From: Candidatus Multivorans sp.
Lineage (GTDB): Bacteria > Acidobacteriota > Thermoanaerobaculia > Multivoradales > Multivoraceae
Direction: 5' to 3'
NCBI GenBank assembly: GCA_965247095.1
Contig: OZ251997.1
Location: 640,001-704,000 of the forward strand
Length of the DNA: 64,000 nt
The notes beneath the pieces are model-generated. The model was not told the DNA's origin. It was given only the letters and a program-made list of their open reading frames with translations, and searched no databases. The position numbers and the translations under genes are program-made. Positions 32,284-41,009 of the stretch are shown one piece after another; position 1 is the stretch's first letter; each line of letters opens with the position of its first letter.

Positions 32284-33453
32284 ATGAGCGGATCGGCAGA
32301 CGAGCAAGCGAGCGCGACCGTGGAAGGCGGTCCCGTTGGGGAAGCGCCTGGTAGCGCTCCTCCCTTCGCCGATACGGGCGCGGGGACTGAAGGAGAGACC
32401 GTGGACGTGATCGACGATCCGCGCGGCGACGAGGACGAACCGGGGGCGCCCATCCGCTACAGGATCCGGACCTACGGTGCGGATATGCCGGTGGACGCCT
32501 TGATGAAGCGCATGGAGGACCAGGACATCTACGTCCCTGACTTCCAACGCAAGTTCATCTGGACCCTTGCTCAGGCTTCTCGGTTCATCGAGTCGCTGCT
32601 GCTCGGACTCCCGGTGCCGGAGATCTTCCTGTTCAAGGATCCGGACACACGACGACTTCTGGTGGTCGACGGTCAGCAGCGGCTGAAGACGCTGCGTCAG
32701 TTCTTCGCCGGAAAGTTCCGTCACCGGGACTTCGCGCTCCGAGGGGTCGGCGAGGACTTCACCGGCAAGACGATTTGCTCGTTGGAGCCTTGGGAGCGGC
32801 GCGAACTCGATCAGTTCATCATTCACGCCACGATCTTCGAGCAGGACGAGCCGACGGACGATCGCAGCTCCGTGTACTCTGTGTTCGAACGCCTCAACAC
32901 GGGCGGTACGCCGCTGCAGGCCCAGGAGATTCGTTCCAGCATCTACGAAGGGACGTTGAACGAACTGCTGCACGACCTTGCGGAGGACCCACACTGGCGC
33001 AACCTTTACGGCCCGTCGAGCCCGCGTCGGCGCGATGAGGAACTCGTGCTTCGCTTCCTCGCGTTGCTGCATGCGCTGGAGAAGTACCGAAGTCCGATGA
33101 AGAGGTTCCTGAACAACTTCATGGAGGAGAATCGGGACCCGTTGCCGGATGCGCTGGTTGGCTACCGCTCAGTCTTTGAGAGGACGGTCGAGACAGTGGA
33201 TCGAATGCTTGGTGCGAATGCGCTTCGTCCTGACCGTCCGGTGAACGCAGCTATCGCCGATGCCGTTCTCGTGGGTACTGCAAGTCGCCTGGAGCGGGGC
33301 CCCATCGAGCACGGCGAGGAGTTCAGGAGCGCCCACGGGCGACTCATCGAACGACTTAGGAGTGACGAACTCTACCAGAGCCGCACGACTCATGAGAATC
33401 GGCTTCGGGAGCGGATTCGGTACGCGAACGAGGAGTTCGACCCCGTCCCATGA
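32284..33453 (+). CDS. DUF262 (GmrSD/ParB-like) domain protein
   Basis: PDFQRKFIW, FIESLLLGLPVP, VDGQQRL, FERLNTGG; RBS aaggagg upstream. Confidence 0.9.
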   Translation: MSGSADEQASATVEGGPVGEAPGSAPPFADTGAGTEGETVDVIDDPRGDEDEPGAPIRYRIRTYGADMPVDALMKRMEDQDIYVPDFQRKFIWTLAQASRFIESLLLGLPVPEIFLFKDPDTRRLLVVDGQQRLKTLRQFFAGKFRHRDFALRGVGEDFTGKTICSLEPWERRELDQFIIHATIFEQDEPTDDRSSVYSVFERLNTGGTPLQAQEIRSSIYEGTLNELLHDLAEDPHWRNLYGPSSPRRRDEELVLRFLALLHALEKYRSPMKRFLNNFMEENRDPLPDALVGYRSVFERTVETVDRMLGANALRPDRPVNAAIADAVLVGTASRLERGPIEHGEEFRSAHGRLIERLRSDELYQSRTTHENRLRERIRYANEEFDPVP

Positions 33454-33926
33454 TCCCTGGCGACGCACAGCGTCTTGAGGAGCGCATTCTTAGGGCGCGC
33501 GCCCGAGCCTCATCGCCGGACCTAACGGACGAGGATCGGGCCTGGCTCGGCGAGATGGCCGCGATCTGGGCGTCGGGTTACTTGGAGACGGCGTTTCGAG
33601 ACACGCTCAGGCAGTATGTCGAGACTCGAGCGGATTCCAGGGTTCAACGAGCGATGAATCGGCGGTTGGATCGGTTTCGCAATCAGCGCTTGGGCGTGAT
33701 TCTGGACCTCGTGGGCGAGTTCGACACAACTTGGCAGGAGGAACTGCGGAGTTTCGCAGATGGCGCGGTCGGTGAAAGTGTGAACAGCATCGTTGCCCTC
33801 AGACACCGTATCGCCCACGGACGGTCGGACCGAGTAAGCATCGGCACGGTTGGGCGCTATTTCGACGAGGCCCGGAGGCTCCCTCGGCGTCTTGTGAAGC
33901 TGTGTGGCGGGTCGCTCGGGGCTTGA
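33450..33926 (+). CDS. HEPN-domain RNase (RiboL-PSP-HEPN / MAE_28990-like)
   Basis: SGYLE N-terminal motif; RHRIAH (RxxxxH); ATGA overlap with the DUF262 gene. Confidence 0.8.
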   Translation: MIPGDAQRLEERILRARARASSPDLTDEDRAWLGEMAAIWASGYLETAFRDTLRQYVETRADSRVQRAMNRRLDRFRNQRLGVILDLVGEFDTTWQEELRSFADGAVGESVNSIVALRHRIAHGRSDRVSIGTVGRYFDEARRLPRRLVKLCGGSLGA

Positions 33927-33942
33927 GAAGGCCGCGCGGGGC

Positions 33943-35058
33943 TCAAGATCTGGTACGCCACCGTACGCCCGCGTGCAGGCTGATGTCGACGGCGGAGCCG
34001 TACTTTGCCGTGTTGTTGCTGAGGCTGAAGTAGGCGGCGCGGTCAAGTCCTCCTGGGCTCGGCTTCAGGCTGCGGGTCCAGCCGACATCGATCAGGGTTG
34101 CCGTGACGCCCAGGATCGAGAGCTTCAATTGGCGGAACGGGCTCTTCTGGTGCCGGATCTGGAGGACCAGTGAGGACCGTGGGCCGAAAGGACGTTCGCC
34201 GGCAATGGCGATCGTGACCAGGTCCTGCGGTTCCAGCTCGAGCAGGTCGTGCCCGCCGAGGCGGGTGAAGCCGGCGTTGCCGTAGAGGGTCCAGCGGCCC
34301 AACGGCCGGCTGACCAGGTACTGGGCCGCAGCATCGACCGAGCCCGTGCCGTAGAAGTCGTCCTCGCTGGCGGTCGGCAACTTGACCTGGACCTGGACGG
34401 CCTGCCGCCACGTCGTTGATCCGGCTCCGAAGCCCCACTTGAGAGAGGCGACGGTTTCGCCCAGGCCGGGTCCTGGCGCCTCGAAGCGAATGAAGCGCAA
34501 GCGGTCCCCGTAGCTGCTGGGTCCGCCTTTGCCATCGCGCCTGAAGTACAGGCCGTAGTCGTTCTGCAGCGACTGCGGCCGGCCGGACTGGCGGAACCCG
34601 AAGAGATCGTGGAAGCCTTCGATCACGGGATCGAGAACCCCGCCGCCGGCATCGATGATCGAGGTTCTGAGGCCCAGTTCGAGCCTTCCGGCGAACCGGC
34701 GCCGCACGTCGACCGTCAGGCGATGGAGTTCGGCGTCAGCAAAGTAGATCCCCTCCGGCCCCGGCCAGGGTGCGATGCCGTCGAGTTCCTCGACCGTCAC
34801 CGGACCGCGTTCGGACCGCGCCTCGATGACTTCGGACACCGCGGGCGAGCGGAGCCAGAAGCTGGAAAGGCCGAGGGACGTGGTGACCTGCCAGCGTCCC
34901 GGCGCCGACTGCGGCGCCGGCGGCGCCTCCACCGGCAGGCTGAGGAAGCCCGATCCGCCGGCGAGCCAGGCTTCGGCCACGGGCAGCGGGCCGAAGGAGT
35001 GCTCACGCGCCATCGCCGAGCCGCACAGGGCGAGCGCCATCGTTCCAGAAAGCGCCAT
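33943..35058 (-). CDS. Exported putative outer-membrane beta-barrel protein (DUF3187-like)
   Basis: Signal peptide; GGGVLDPVIEGFHDLFG, VKLPTA, C-terminal HAGVRW beta-strand. Confidence 0.65.
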   Translation of the reverse strand: MALSGTMALALCGSAMAREHSFGPLPVAEAWLAGGSGFLSLPVEAPPAPQSAPGRWQVTTSLGLSSFWLRSPAVSEVIEARSERGPVTVEELDGIAPWPGPEGIYFADAELHRLTVDVRRRFAGRLELGLRTSIIDAGGGVLDPVIEGFHDLFGFRQSGRPQSLQNDYGLYFRRDGKGGPSSYGDRLRFIRFEAPGPGLGETVASLKWGFGAGSTTWRQAVQVQVKLPTASEDDFYGTGSVDAAAQYLVSRPLGRWTLYGNAGFTRLGGHDLLELEPQDLVTIAIAGERPFGPRSSLVLQIRHQKSPFRQLKLSILGVTATLIDVGWTRSLKPSPGGLDRAAYFSLSNNTAKYGSAVDISLHAGVRWRTRS

Positions 35059-35096
35059 CGCCAAGCGTCGGGCGGGACTTGGGTGCGCCTCAGGAC

Positions 35097-35149
35097 TTGC
35101 GGTCGGGCCGTGGCCGCCGATAGAGTCATAGTGCCTCACACTTGATTCA
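35097..35149 (+). promoter_or_regulatory. Putative sigma70 promoter and imperfect inverted repeat of TA module 1
   Basis: TTGCGG-18-TAGAGT; gagtcatagtg...cacttgattc inverted repeat. Confidence 0.4.
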
Positions 35150-35165
35150 TCTCTGGAGGCGTAGG

Positions 35166-35435
35166 GTGACACTCAAGCAACTGACGGTTCGTGGTTTGGA
35201 CGATGACGTTGTTCGCGAACTACAGCGAATTGCGGAAGAAGATGGCCTTTCGTTGAACCAGTCTGTGCGGAAGTTGATGCGCAGAGGGCTCGGGCAGTCG
35301 GGGAGTTCGGATGACGAAGGTGTGATCGGCGACAGCCTCGATCACCTCTTTGGCACTTGGTCCCGCGAGGAAGCGGACGAGTTCGACAGGGCCGTGGCGG
35401 ACTTTGAGGTGATCGACGAGTCGATCTGGAGATGA
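35166..35435 (+). CDS. Antitoxin, FitA/VapB-like ribbon-helix-helix
   Basis: KQLTVRGLDDDV...SLNQSVRKLM; acidic tail; overlaps the PIN gene. Confidence 0.8.
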   Translation: MTLKQLTVRGLDDDVVRELQRIAEEDGLSLNQSVRKLMRRGLGQSGSSDDEGVIGDSLDHLFGTWSREEADEFDRAVADFEVIDESIWR

Positions 35436-35845
35436 CGGCCTATCTCCTGGACACCGACGCCTACTCCCAGTGGAAGTGCGGTCATCGCGGACTTCATCGC
35501 ACTCTCCGGGCAGCCAGCCGGACCCTTCTTTCTGCGGTCGTGGTCGGCGAACTGCTGTCCGGATTCCGACGGGGATCGCGCTTCAGTCGGAACCTGGAAG
35601 AGCTGCAGAGTTTTCTTCTCAGCCCTCGTGTCGAGTTCCTCCCGGTGACCATGAGAACGAGCGACCGCTACTCCCGCATCGCGGCGTATATTCGGGCGAA
35701 GGGCAAGCCGATTCCGACCAACGACATCTGGGTAGCCGCCCATGCGTTCGAGAGCGGGAGCGAACTCCTTTCGTTTGACGGTCACTACGAACAGGTCGAC
35801 GGCCTGGTCTGGACCCGGCTCCGTCCCGAGAACGGTGTGGGCTGA
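35432..35845 (+). CDS. vapC: VapC PIN-domain toxin
   Basis: LLDTDAY, VVGELL, IPTNDIWVAA, SFDGHY. Confidence 0.9.
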   Translation: MTAYLLDTDAYSQWKCGHRGLHRTLRAASRTLLSAVVVGELLSGFRRGSRFSRNLEELQSFLLSPRVEFLPVTMRTSDRYSRIAAYIRAKGKPIPTNDIWVAAHAFESGSELLSFDGHYEQVDGLVWTRLRPENGVG

Positions 35846-35869
35846 CGTTGGCTGAAGCGGGCTGGCGTT

Positions 35870-38218
35870 CTACGGCGCCGCCCCCGCCGACTGGATCGCC
35901 CGCCAGATGCGCTCGGGCTTGGCCGGCATGTCGATGTTCGTGATGCCGAGCGGCCGCAGGGCGTCGACGATCGCGTTGACGATGCAGGGTGTGGCGCCGA
36001 TCGTTCCCAGCTCGCCGATGCCCTTGGCGCCGAGCGGGTTGATCGGCGTCGGCGTCACCGTGTTGTCGAGCACCATGCGCGGGAAGTGCTTGGCGCGGGG
36101 GACGGCGTAGTCCATCAGGGTGCCGGAAAGGAGCTGGCCGCTGTCGTCGTACTGGACCTCTTCCCACATCGCCTGACCGATGCCCTGGACGACGCCGCCT
36201 AGGCGCTGGCCGTCCGCCAGCATCGGGTTGATCACGACACCGAAGTCGTCGACCGCGACGTAGCGCTGGATCTCGATCTGGCCGCTCTCGGGGTCGATCT
36301 CGACCTGGCAGAGGTGGGCGCCGAAGGGGAAGGTGGTCGCCGACGGTTCGAAGCGTGCGACCGCCTCGAGGCCGGGTTCCTCGCCCGGCACGGCGACGTT
36401 CCAGAGGTGAGCCATCTCAGCGACCTGGCGGAAGGTGAGCTTGCGGTCGGTGCCGCTGACGGTGAACGCGCCGTCGTCGTACTCGATCTGGTCGACCGGT
36501 GCGTCGAGGTGGTGGGCCGCGAGGCGCGTGGCCTTGTTGTGGACCTTGGTCAGGGCCATGTGCAGCGCCGCGCCGCCGACCGCGATGCCCCGGCTGCCGA
36601 AGGTGCCGACGCCGTGCTGAACCTGGTCGGTGTCGCCGTGCACCACGACCACGTCGTCGAGGCCGACGCCGAAGGCGTCCGAGGTCATCTGGGCGAAGGC
36701 GGTCTCCTGGCCCTGGCCGTGGGGCGAAATGCCCGTGTAGACGGTGACGTTGCCGCTCGGTTCGACGCGTACGGTGGCGCTTTCCCAGGTGCCCATGCGC
36801 TGCTGCGGAGCGGTGCCGGCCGAGGGGCCTAGGCCGCAGACCTCGGTGAAGGTGGCGAGTCCGATGCCGACGAGGCGGCCGTCCTCGCGCGCTCTGCTCT
36901 GCGCCTCGCGCGCTTCGTCGTAGCCGGCGAGTTCCATCATCCGGTCGAGCGTGAGTTCATAGTCGCCGCTGTCGTAGACCGCGCCCGACGCCGTGGTGTG
37001 GGGGAAGGCGCCCTTGTCGACGAAGTTCCGGCGCCGCACGGCGGCCGGGTCGATGCCGGTCGCTGCCGCCACCTCGTCCATCACCCGCTCGATGATGTAG
37101 GCGGCTTCGGGGCGCCCGGCGCCGCGATAGGCCTCGGTGGCCATCGTGTTCGTGTAGACCGAGGCGGTGTCCCAGGCGACTGCCTTGATGTCGTAGCAGC
37201 CGCAGGACATCGTGTGCGTGGAGAGGGCGATGAAGGGGCCGTAGAAGGACCGGAAGGCGCCGATGTCGGAGATCGTCTGGCCCTTGAGCGCCAGCACCCG
37301 GCCGTCGTTCTGGAAGGCGACCTCGATCTTCTCGACGTGGCCCCGGCCGTGCGTCATGCCGAGGAGGTTCTCGGTCCGGGTCTCGGCCCACTTGACCGGC
37401 CGGCGCAGGGCGCGGGAAACCCAGCACAGGAGCGGGTCCTCCGGGTAGGTCGGGATCTTCGCTCCGAAGCCGCCGCCGACTTCGGGTGCGATGGCGCGAA
37501 CGCGGATCTCGGGGATCCCGAGGCACATCGCGACCTGCTGCTTGACGAAGTGCGGGGCCTGGTTGGAGGTCCAGATGGTCAGCTTGCCGGGCCCTTCCTC
37601 CCAGTGCGCGCAGATGGCCCGGCCTTCGATCGGGAAGGGGGCCACGCGCTGGTTGAGCAGGCGCATCGAGAGCGTCTGGTCGGCCTGCTCGAAGAGCTTG
37701 TCGGCTTCGGGATTCGGGACCGGGATCTGCAGGCAGATGTTGCTGTCGAGTTCCTCGTAGACCTTGGGCGCGTCCGGCGCCATCGCGGCCTCGACATCGA
37801 CGACCGCTTCGCGCGGCTCGATGTCCACGTCGACCTTCGAGGCGGCGTCGCGGGCGGCGTAGAGAGTCTCGGCCACGACCACCGCGACCGGCTGGCCGAC
37901 GTAGAGCACGCGGCCGTTCGCCAGCAGCGGATGGTCCGCCTTGCCCATGCCTGGTATTTCGGCGCCGACCGGGCTCGGTCCGACCTGCCCGTCCATGTCG
38001 GCGTAGGTGTAGACGCCGACGACGCCCGGGTGGGCGGCCGCAGCGGCGGTGTCGATGGAGCGGACAGCGCCGGCTGCGAAGTCGCTGCGCACGAAGGCGG
38101 CATAGGTCATCCGCGGCAGCTTGACGTCGTCCGTGTAGGTGGCGAGGCCCCGGATCAGGCGGGGATCCTCGCGGCGCTTGATGGGCTGGCCGACGGAGTT
38201 GGGTCGAAACGTCGTCAT
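35870..38218 (-). CDS. Xanthine dehydrogenase family molybdopterin subunit, form II CoxL-like
   Basis: RREDPRLIRG, VGGGFGAK, active-site loop AYRGAGR, YDSGDY, HGQGQET, GTFGSR, AKGIGE. Confidence 0.9.
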   Translation of the reverse strand: MTTFRPNSVGQPIKRREDPRLIRGLATYTDDVKLPRMTYAAFVRSDFAAGAVRSIDTAAAAAHPGVVGVYTYADMDGQVGPSPVGAEIPGMGKADHPLLANGRVLYVGQPVAVVVAETLYAARDAASKVDVDIEPREAVVDVEAAMAPDAPKVYEELDSNICLQIPVPNPEADKLFEQADQTLSMRLLNQRVAPFPIEGRAICAHWEEGPGKLTIWTSNQAPHFVKQQVAMCLGIPEIRVRAIAPEVGGGFGAKIPTYPEDPLLCWVSRALRRPVKWAETRTENLLGMTHGRGHVEKIEVAFQNDGRVLALKGQTISDIGAFRSFYGPFIALSTHTMSCGCYDIKAVAWDTASVYTNTMATEAYRGAGRPEAAYIIERVMDEVAAATGIDPAAVRRRNFVDKGAFPHTTASGAVYDSGDYELTLDRMMELAGYDEAREAQSRAREDGRLVGIGLATFTEVCGLGPSAGTAPQQRMGTWESATVRVEPSGNVTVYTGISPHGQGQETAFAQMTSDAFGVGLDDVVVVHGDTDQVQHGVGTFGSRGIAVGGAALHMALTKVHNKATRLAAHHLDAPVDQIEYDDGAFTVSGTDRKLTFRQVAEMAHLWNVAVPGEEPGLEAVARFEPSATTFPFGAHLCQVEIDPESGQIEIQRYVAVDDFGVVINPMLADGQRLGGVVQGIGQAMWEEVQYDDSGQLLSGTLMDYAVPRAKHFPRMVLDNTVTPTPINPLGAKGIGELGTIGATPCIVNAIVDALRPLGITNIDMPAKPERIWRAIQSAGAAP

Positions 38219-38219
38219 C

Positions 38220-38702
38220 TTAGGCCCCTCCCGCGACTTCGGCGGCGTGCTGTACCGCGTCGACGATCTGCTGGTAGCCGGTGCAGCGGCAGATGTTGCC
38301 GTCGATCGCTTCCCGGATCTCGGCCTCGGTCGGGTTCGGGTTGTCGTCGAGCAGTTGCTTCGCCGCCATGATCATCCCCGGGGTGCAGTAGCCGCACTGC
38401 AGACCGTGCTTCTCCCAGAATCCGACCTGCAGCGGATGGAGGTGATCGGCGTCAGCGGCGAGACCCTCGATCGTCGTCACCTCATGGCCGTCGGCCTGGA
38501 CCGCGAGCACGGTGCAGCTCTTCACCGCGCGGCCGTTCAGGTGGACGGTGCAGGCGCCGCAGAGGGTGCTCTCGCAGCCGATATGAACGCCCGTGAGGTC
38601 GAGTTCCTCGCGCAGGAAGTGGACGAGCAACGTGCGCGGCTCGACTTCTTGCTCGCACTTGCTGCCGTTGACGGTGATGGCGACAGGGACGGATCGTGGC
38701 AT
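38220..38702 (-). CDS. (2Fe-2S)-binding subunit, CoxS-like
   Basis: [29 protein letters not shown]; RBS ggagg before the ATG at 38702. Confidence 0.92.
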   Translation of the reverse strand: MPRSVPVAITVNGSKCEQEVEPRTLLVHFLREELDLTGVHIGCESTLCGACTVHLNGRAVKSCTVLAVQADGHEVTTIEGLAADADHLHPLQVGFWEKHGLQCGYCTPGMIMAAKQLLDDNPNPTEAEIREAIDGNICRCTGYQQIVDAVQHAAEVAGGA

Positions 38703-38718
38703 CGGACCTCCTACCAAT

Positions 38719-38771
38719 TCGAGTCGCGGCGTCCGCGCCGCGCTGACGCACAGGAGCAGGGCTTGTTTCAT
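38719..38771. repeat. Dispersed hairpin repeat, family A, copy 2
   Basis: tcgagtcgcggcgtccgcgccgcgctgacgcacaggagcagggcttgtttcat. Confidence 0.85.
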
Positions 38772-38869
38772 ACAGGGATCGGTGTCGTGGCGCGGAAGCG
38801 TATCGCAGCGAGGGCTGCTAGCATTGCTCTATTCGCCGAGGAATCACCCTCTAGAGCAGGGAGACCGAC

Positions 38870-39898
38870 ATGAGAAAGTCGCTGATCGCTACCGCCGTGC
38901 TGTTTGGACTCGTTGCCGCCGCTTCAGCGGCCGTCGCCGCCGAGGGCGAGATCAACAGAACCGCCAGTGGCAAGCCGGACTTCACCGGCGTCTACGACAT
39001 CTCGAGCATCACGCCCTTCTCAAGACCGAAGGAGTTCGGCGACAAGCTGAACCTCACTGCCGAGGAGGCGCAGGCGCTGGCGAAGCGGCGCGCCGAGACG
39101 AACGCGGCCCAGGCCGCGCCCAGCGATCCGGAGCGCTCAGCGCCGGAGGAGGGCGGCAATGTCGGCGCCTACAACAATTTCTGGTTCGAGTGGGGTAGCC
39201 AGAACTTCATGATCGACGGCAAGTACCGGACCTCGGTGCTGACCGATCCGCCGAACGGGCGAATGCCGGCGATGACCGAGCAGGGGAAGAAGCGGGCCGC
39301 GGCCGCGCCCAAGTTCGCGTGGCCGAACAAGGGCTATGCCTGGTGGCTCGAGTCCGGCGACATCCCCTACGACGGTCCGGAGACGAACATCGTCGGCGTG
39401 CGCTGTTTCTACCAGCCGACGGCCTCGGTCGCGATCCGTCCGCTGCCCTACAACAACGTGAAGACGATCGTCCAGACCGAGGACCACTTCATGATCATGA
39501 TCGAGTGGATGCACTGGACCCGGGTCGTCCGGATCGGCGGAGAGCACGCCCCGGACTCGTACCGTTCCCTGAGCGGCGACTCGATCGGTTGGTGGGAGGA
39601 CGACACGCTGGTCGTCGAGACGACCAACTTCCGCGACATGCCCGATCTGCGCGGCGAGGGAGTGCGGGTCGTCGAGCGGTTCAGCCCCTCGGGCGGCGAC
39701 AGACTGCGCTACAGCTTCACGGTCGAGAATCCCGAGTACGAGGCGCCGTACAGCGGTGAGCTGCCGTGGCCTAAGACGACCGACAAGAGCTACGAGTACG
39801 CCTGCCACGAAGGCAACTACGCGATGGGCAACATGCTGCGCGGCGCGCGGCTGCTGGAGTCGGAGTTCCAGGGTCAGTCCAGTTCCGGCCAGGAGTAG
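38870..39898 (+). CDS. Conserved secreted hypothetical protein
   Basis: Signal peptide; RTASGKPDFTGVY, DPPNGRMP, GDSIGWWEDDTLVVETTNF, YEYACHEGNY. Confidence 0.8.
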   Translation: MRKSLIATAVLFGLVAAASAAVAAEGEINRTASGKPDFTGVYDISSITPFSRPKEFGDKLNLTAEEAQALAKRRAETNAAQAAPSDPERSAPEEGGNVGAYNNFWFEWGSQNFMIDGKYRTSVLTDPPNGRMPAMTEQGKKRAAAAPKFAWPNKGYAWWLESGDIPYDGPETNIVGVRCFYQPTASVAIRPLPYNNVKTIVQTEDHFMIMIEWMHWTRVVRIGGEHAPDSYRSLSGDSIGWWEDDTLVVETTNFRDMPDLRGEGVRVVERFSPSGGDRLRYSFTVENPEYEAPYSGELPWPKTTDKSYEYACHEGNYAMGNMLRGARLLESEFQGQSSSGQE

Positions 39899-39936
39899 GT
39901 CCTGGCCTGGGGCCTCTGACCGGGTGCGCCGGCCTG

Positions 39937-40005
39937 CCATCTGTGCGCCCGATGACGGGCGCACAGAGTGGTTCGCGGGTGGCGCGGATCGCGCCACCCG
40001 GGTTC
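39937..40005 (-). repeat. Two-hairpin dispersed repeat, family B, copy 3 (between convergent genes)
   Basis: Reverse complement: gaacc cgggtggcgcg-atc-cgcgccacccg cgaaccac tctgtgcgcccg-tcat-cgggcgcacaga tgg. Confidence 0.9.
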
Positions 40006-40012
40006 TGGCCGG

Positions 40013-40981
40013 CTAAACCGCCCGCACCTGCCGGCTCACCCGTCGGATGATCCGGGGCAGAGCCTCGTGTACCTCCGCCGGCACCCGGAAGGTCGTCATC
40101 CAGGACAGCGCGGCGAGATCGGTCAGATCGACCGCGTCCCGGCCGGCCAACAGCGCCGCCCCCCGCAGGATCTTGATCGCCTTGACCAGGAAGGTGCGAT
40201 CGGTGAGCAGGGAGTTCGTCTCGTTGCACTCGAACTCAAGCACCAGCGTGCGCATGACATCGAGAAGCGCAGCGCGCACCGCCGGTCCGACTTCGACCTC
40301 GTACATGCGACGATTCAGCGCGTCCAGCGTGGCGCGGTCGGTCACGGGATCCGGGTCGGGCTGTTCGACCACGGATCCGGCGGCGAAACGGTCGATGAGC
40401 GTCCTCGCGTCCTCGGCGCCGCTCTGGATCAAGCCGGAGACCCGCAACTGGAGAGCGAACCGGTCGAGGTTCGCGGGATCGAGCGGCTCGTTGTAGTACT
40501 CGTCGTCCATCGGGTTGCCGGTCGCGATGGCGGCCATGAGCGGGATCGGCTCGGCGCCGAAACGGCGCTCGTTCAGGATCCGGAGCAGCACGTTCAGCGC
40601 TTCGCCCGGGGCGCGGGAGATGTCGTCGAGGACCGCGATCTCGGCGGTCAGCAGACCCCCGGGTTCGATCCGCTGGTGAATTCGCTCGGCTTCGCCGAAG
40701 GCGCCCGGATCGGCGCCTTCCGTCCTCACCTTGCGTCGCTCCAGGACGATGTCGCCGACCAGTTCGGCGAGTCGGGTGTCGCGGTGCAACTGGTAGAAGA
40801 AGAAGTCGAGCGCGGACCCCTTGGCGGCGACCTCGGCAAGCCGCGTCTTGGCGGTGCCCGGCGGTCCCTCCACGTAGATGTGCTCCCTGGTGATCAAGGC
40901 CAGGAGCAGGGCCGTCTTCACCTCGCCATGGCCGACGACGTGGTGATCGAGCAGGTCGCGGAGTGGGGTGAGGTCGTTCAC
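40013..40981 (-). CDS. MoxR/RavA-like AAA+ ATPase
   Basis: EHIYVEGPPGTAKT (Walker A), IAVLDD (Walker B variant), LLRILNER, LDRF. Confidence 0.88.
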   Translation of the reverse strand: MNDLTPLRDLLDHHVVGHGEVKTALLLALITREHIYVEGPPGTAKTRLAEVAAKGSALDFFFYQLHRDTRLAELVGDIVLERRKVRTEGADPGAFGEAERIHQRIEPGGLLTAEIAVLDDISRAPGEALNVLLRILNERRFGAEPIPLMAAIATGNPMDDEYYNEPLDPANLDRFALQLRVSGLIQSGAEDARTLIDRFAAGSVVEQPDPDPVTDRATLDALNRRMYEVEVGPAVRAALLDVMRTLVLEFECNETNSLLTDRTFLVKAIKILRGAALLAGRDAVDLTDLAALSWMTTFRVPAEVHEALPRIIRRVSRQVRAV

Positions 40982-41009
40982 GGGACGCGCGACTTTATCC
41001 CCAGTCGGA

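Noticed and set aside
35870-38218. Bona fide form I CO dehydrogenase
   Set aside because: Active-site loop is AYRGAGR, not AYxCSFR, so CO oxidation cannot be claimed
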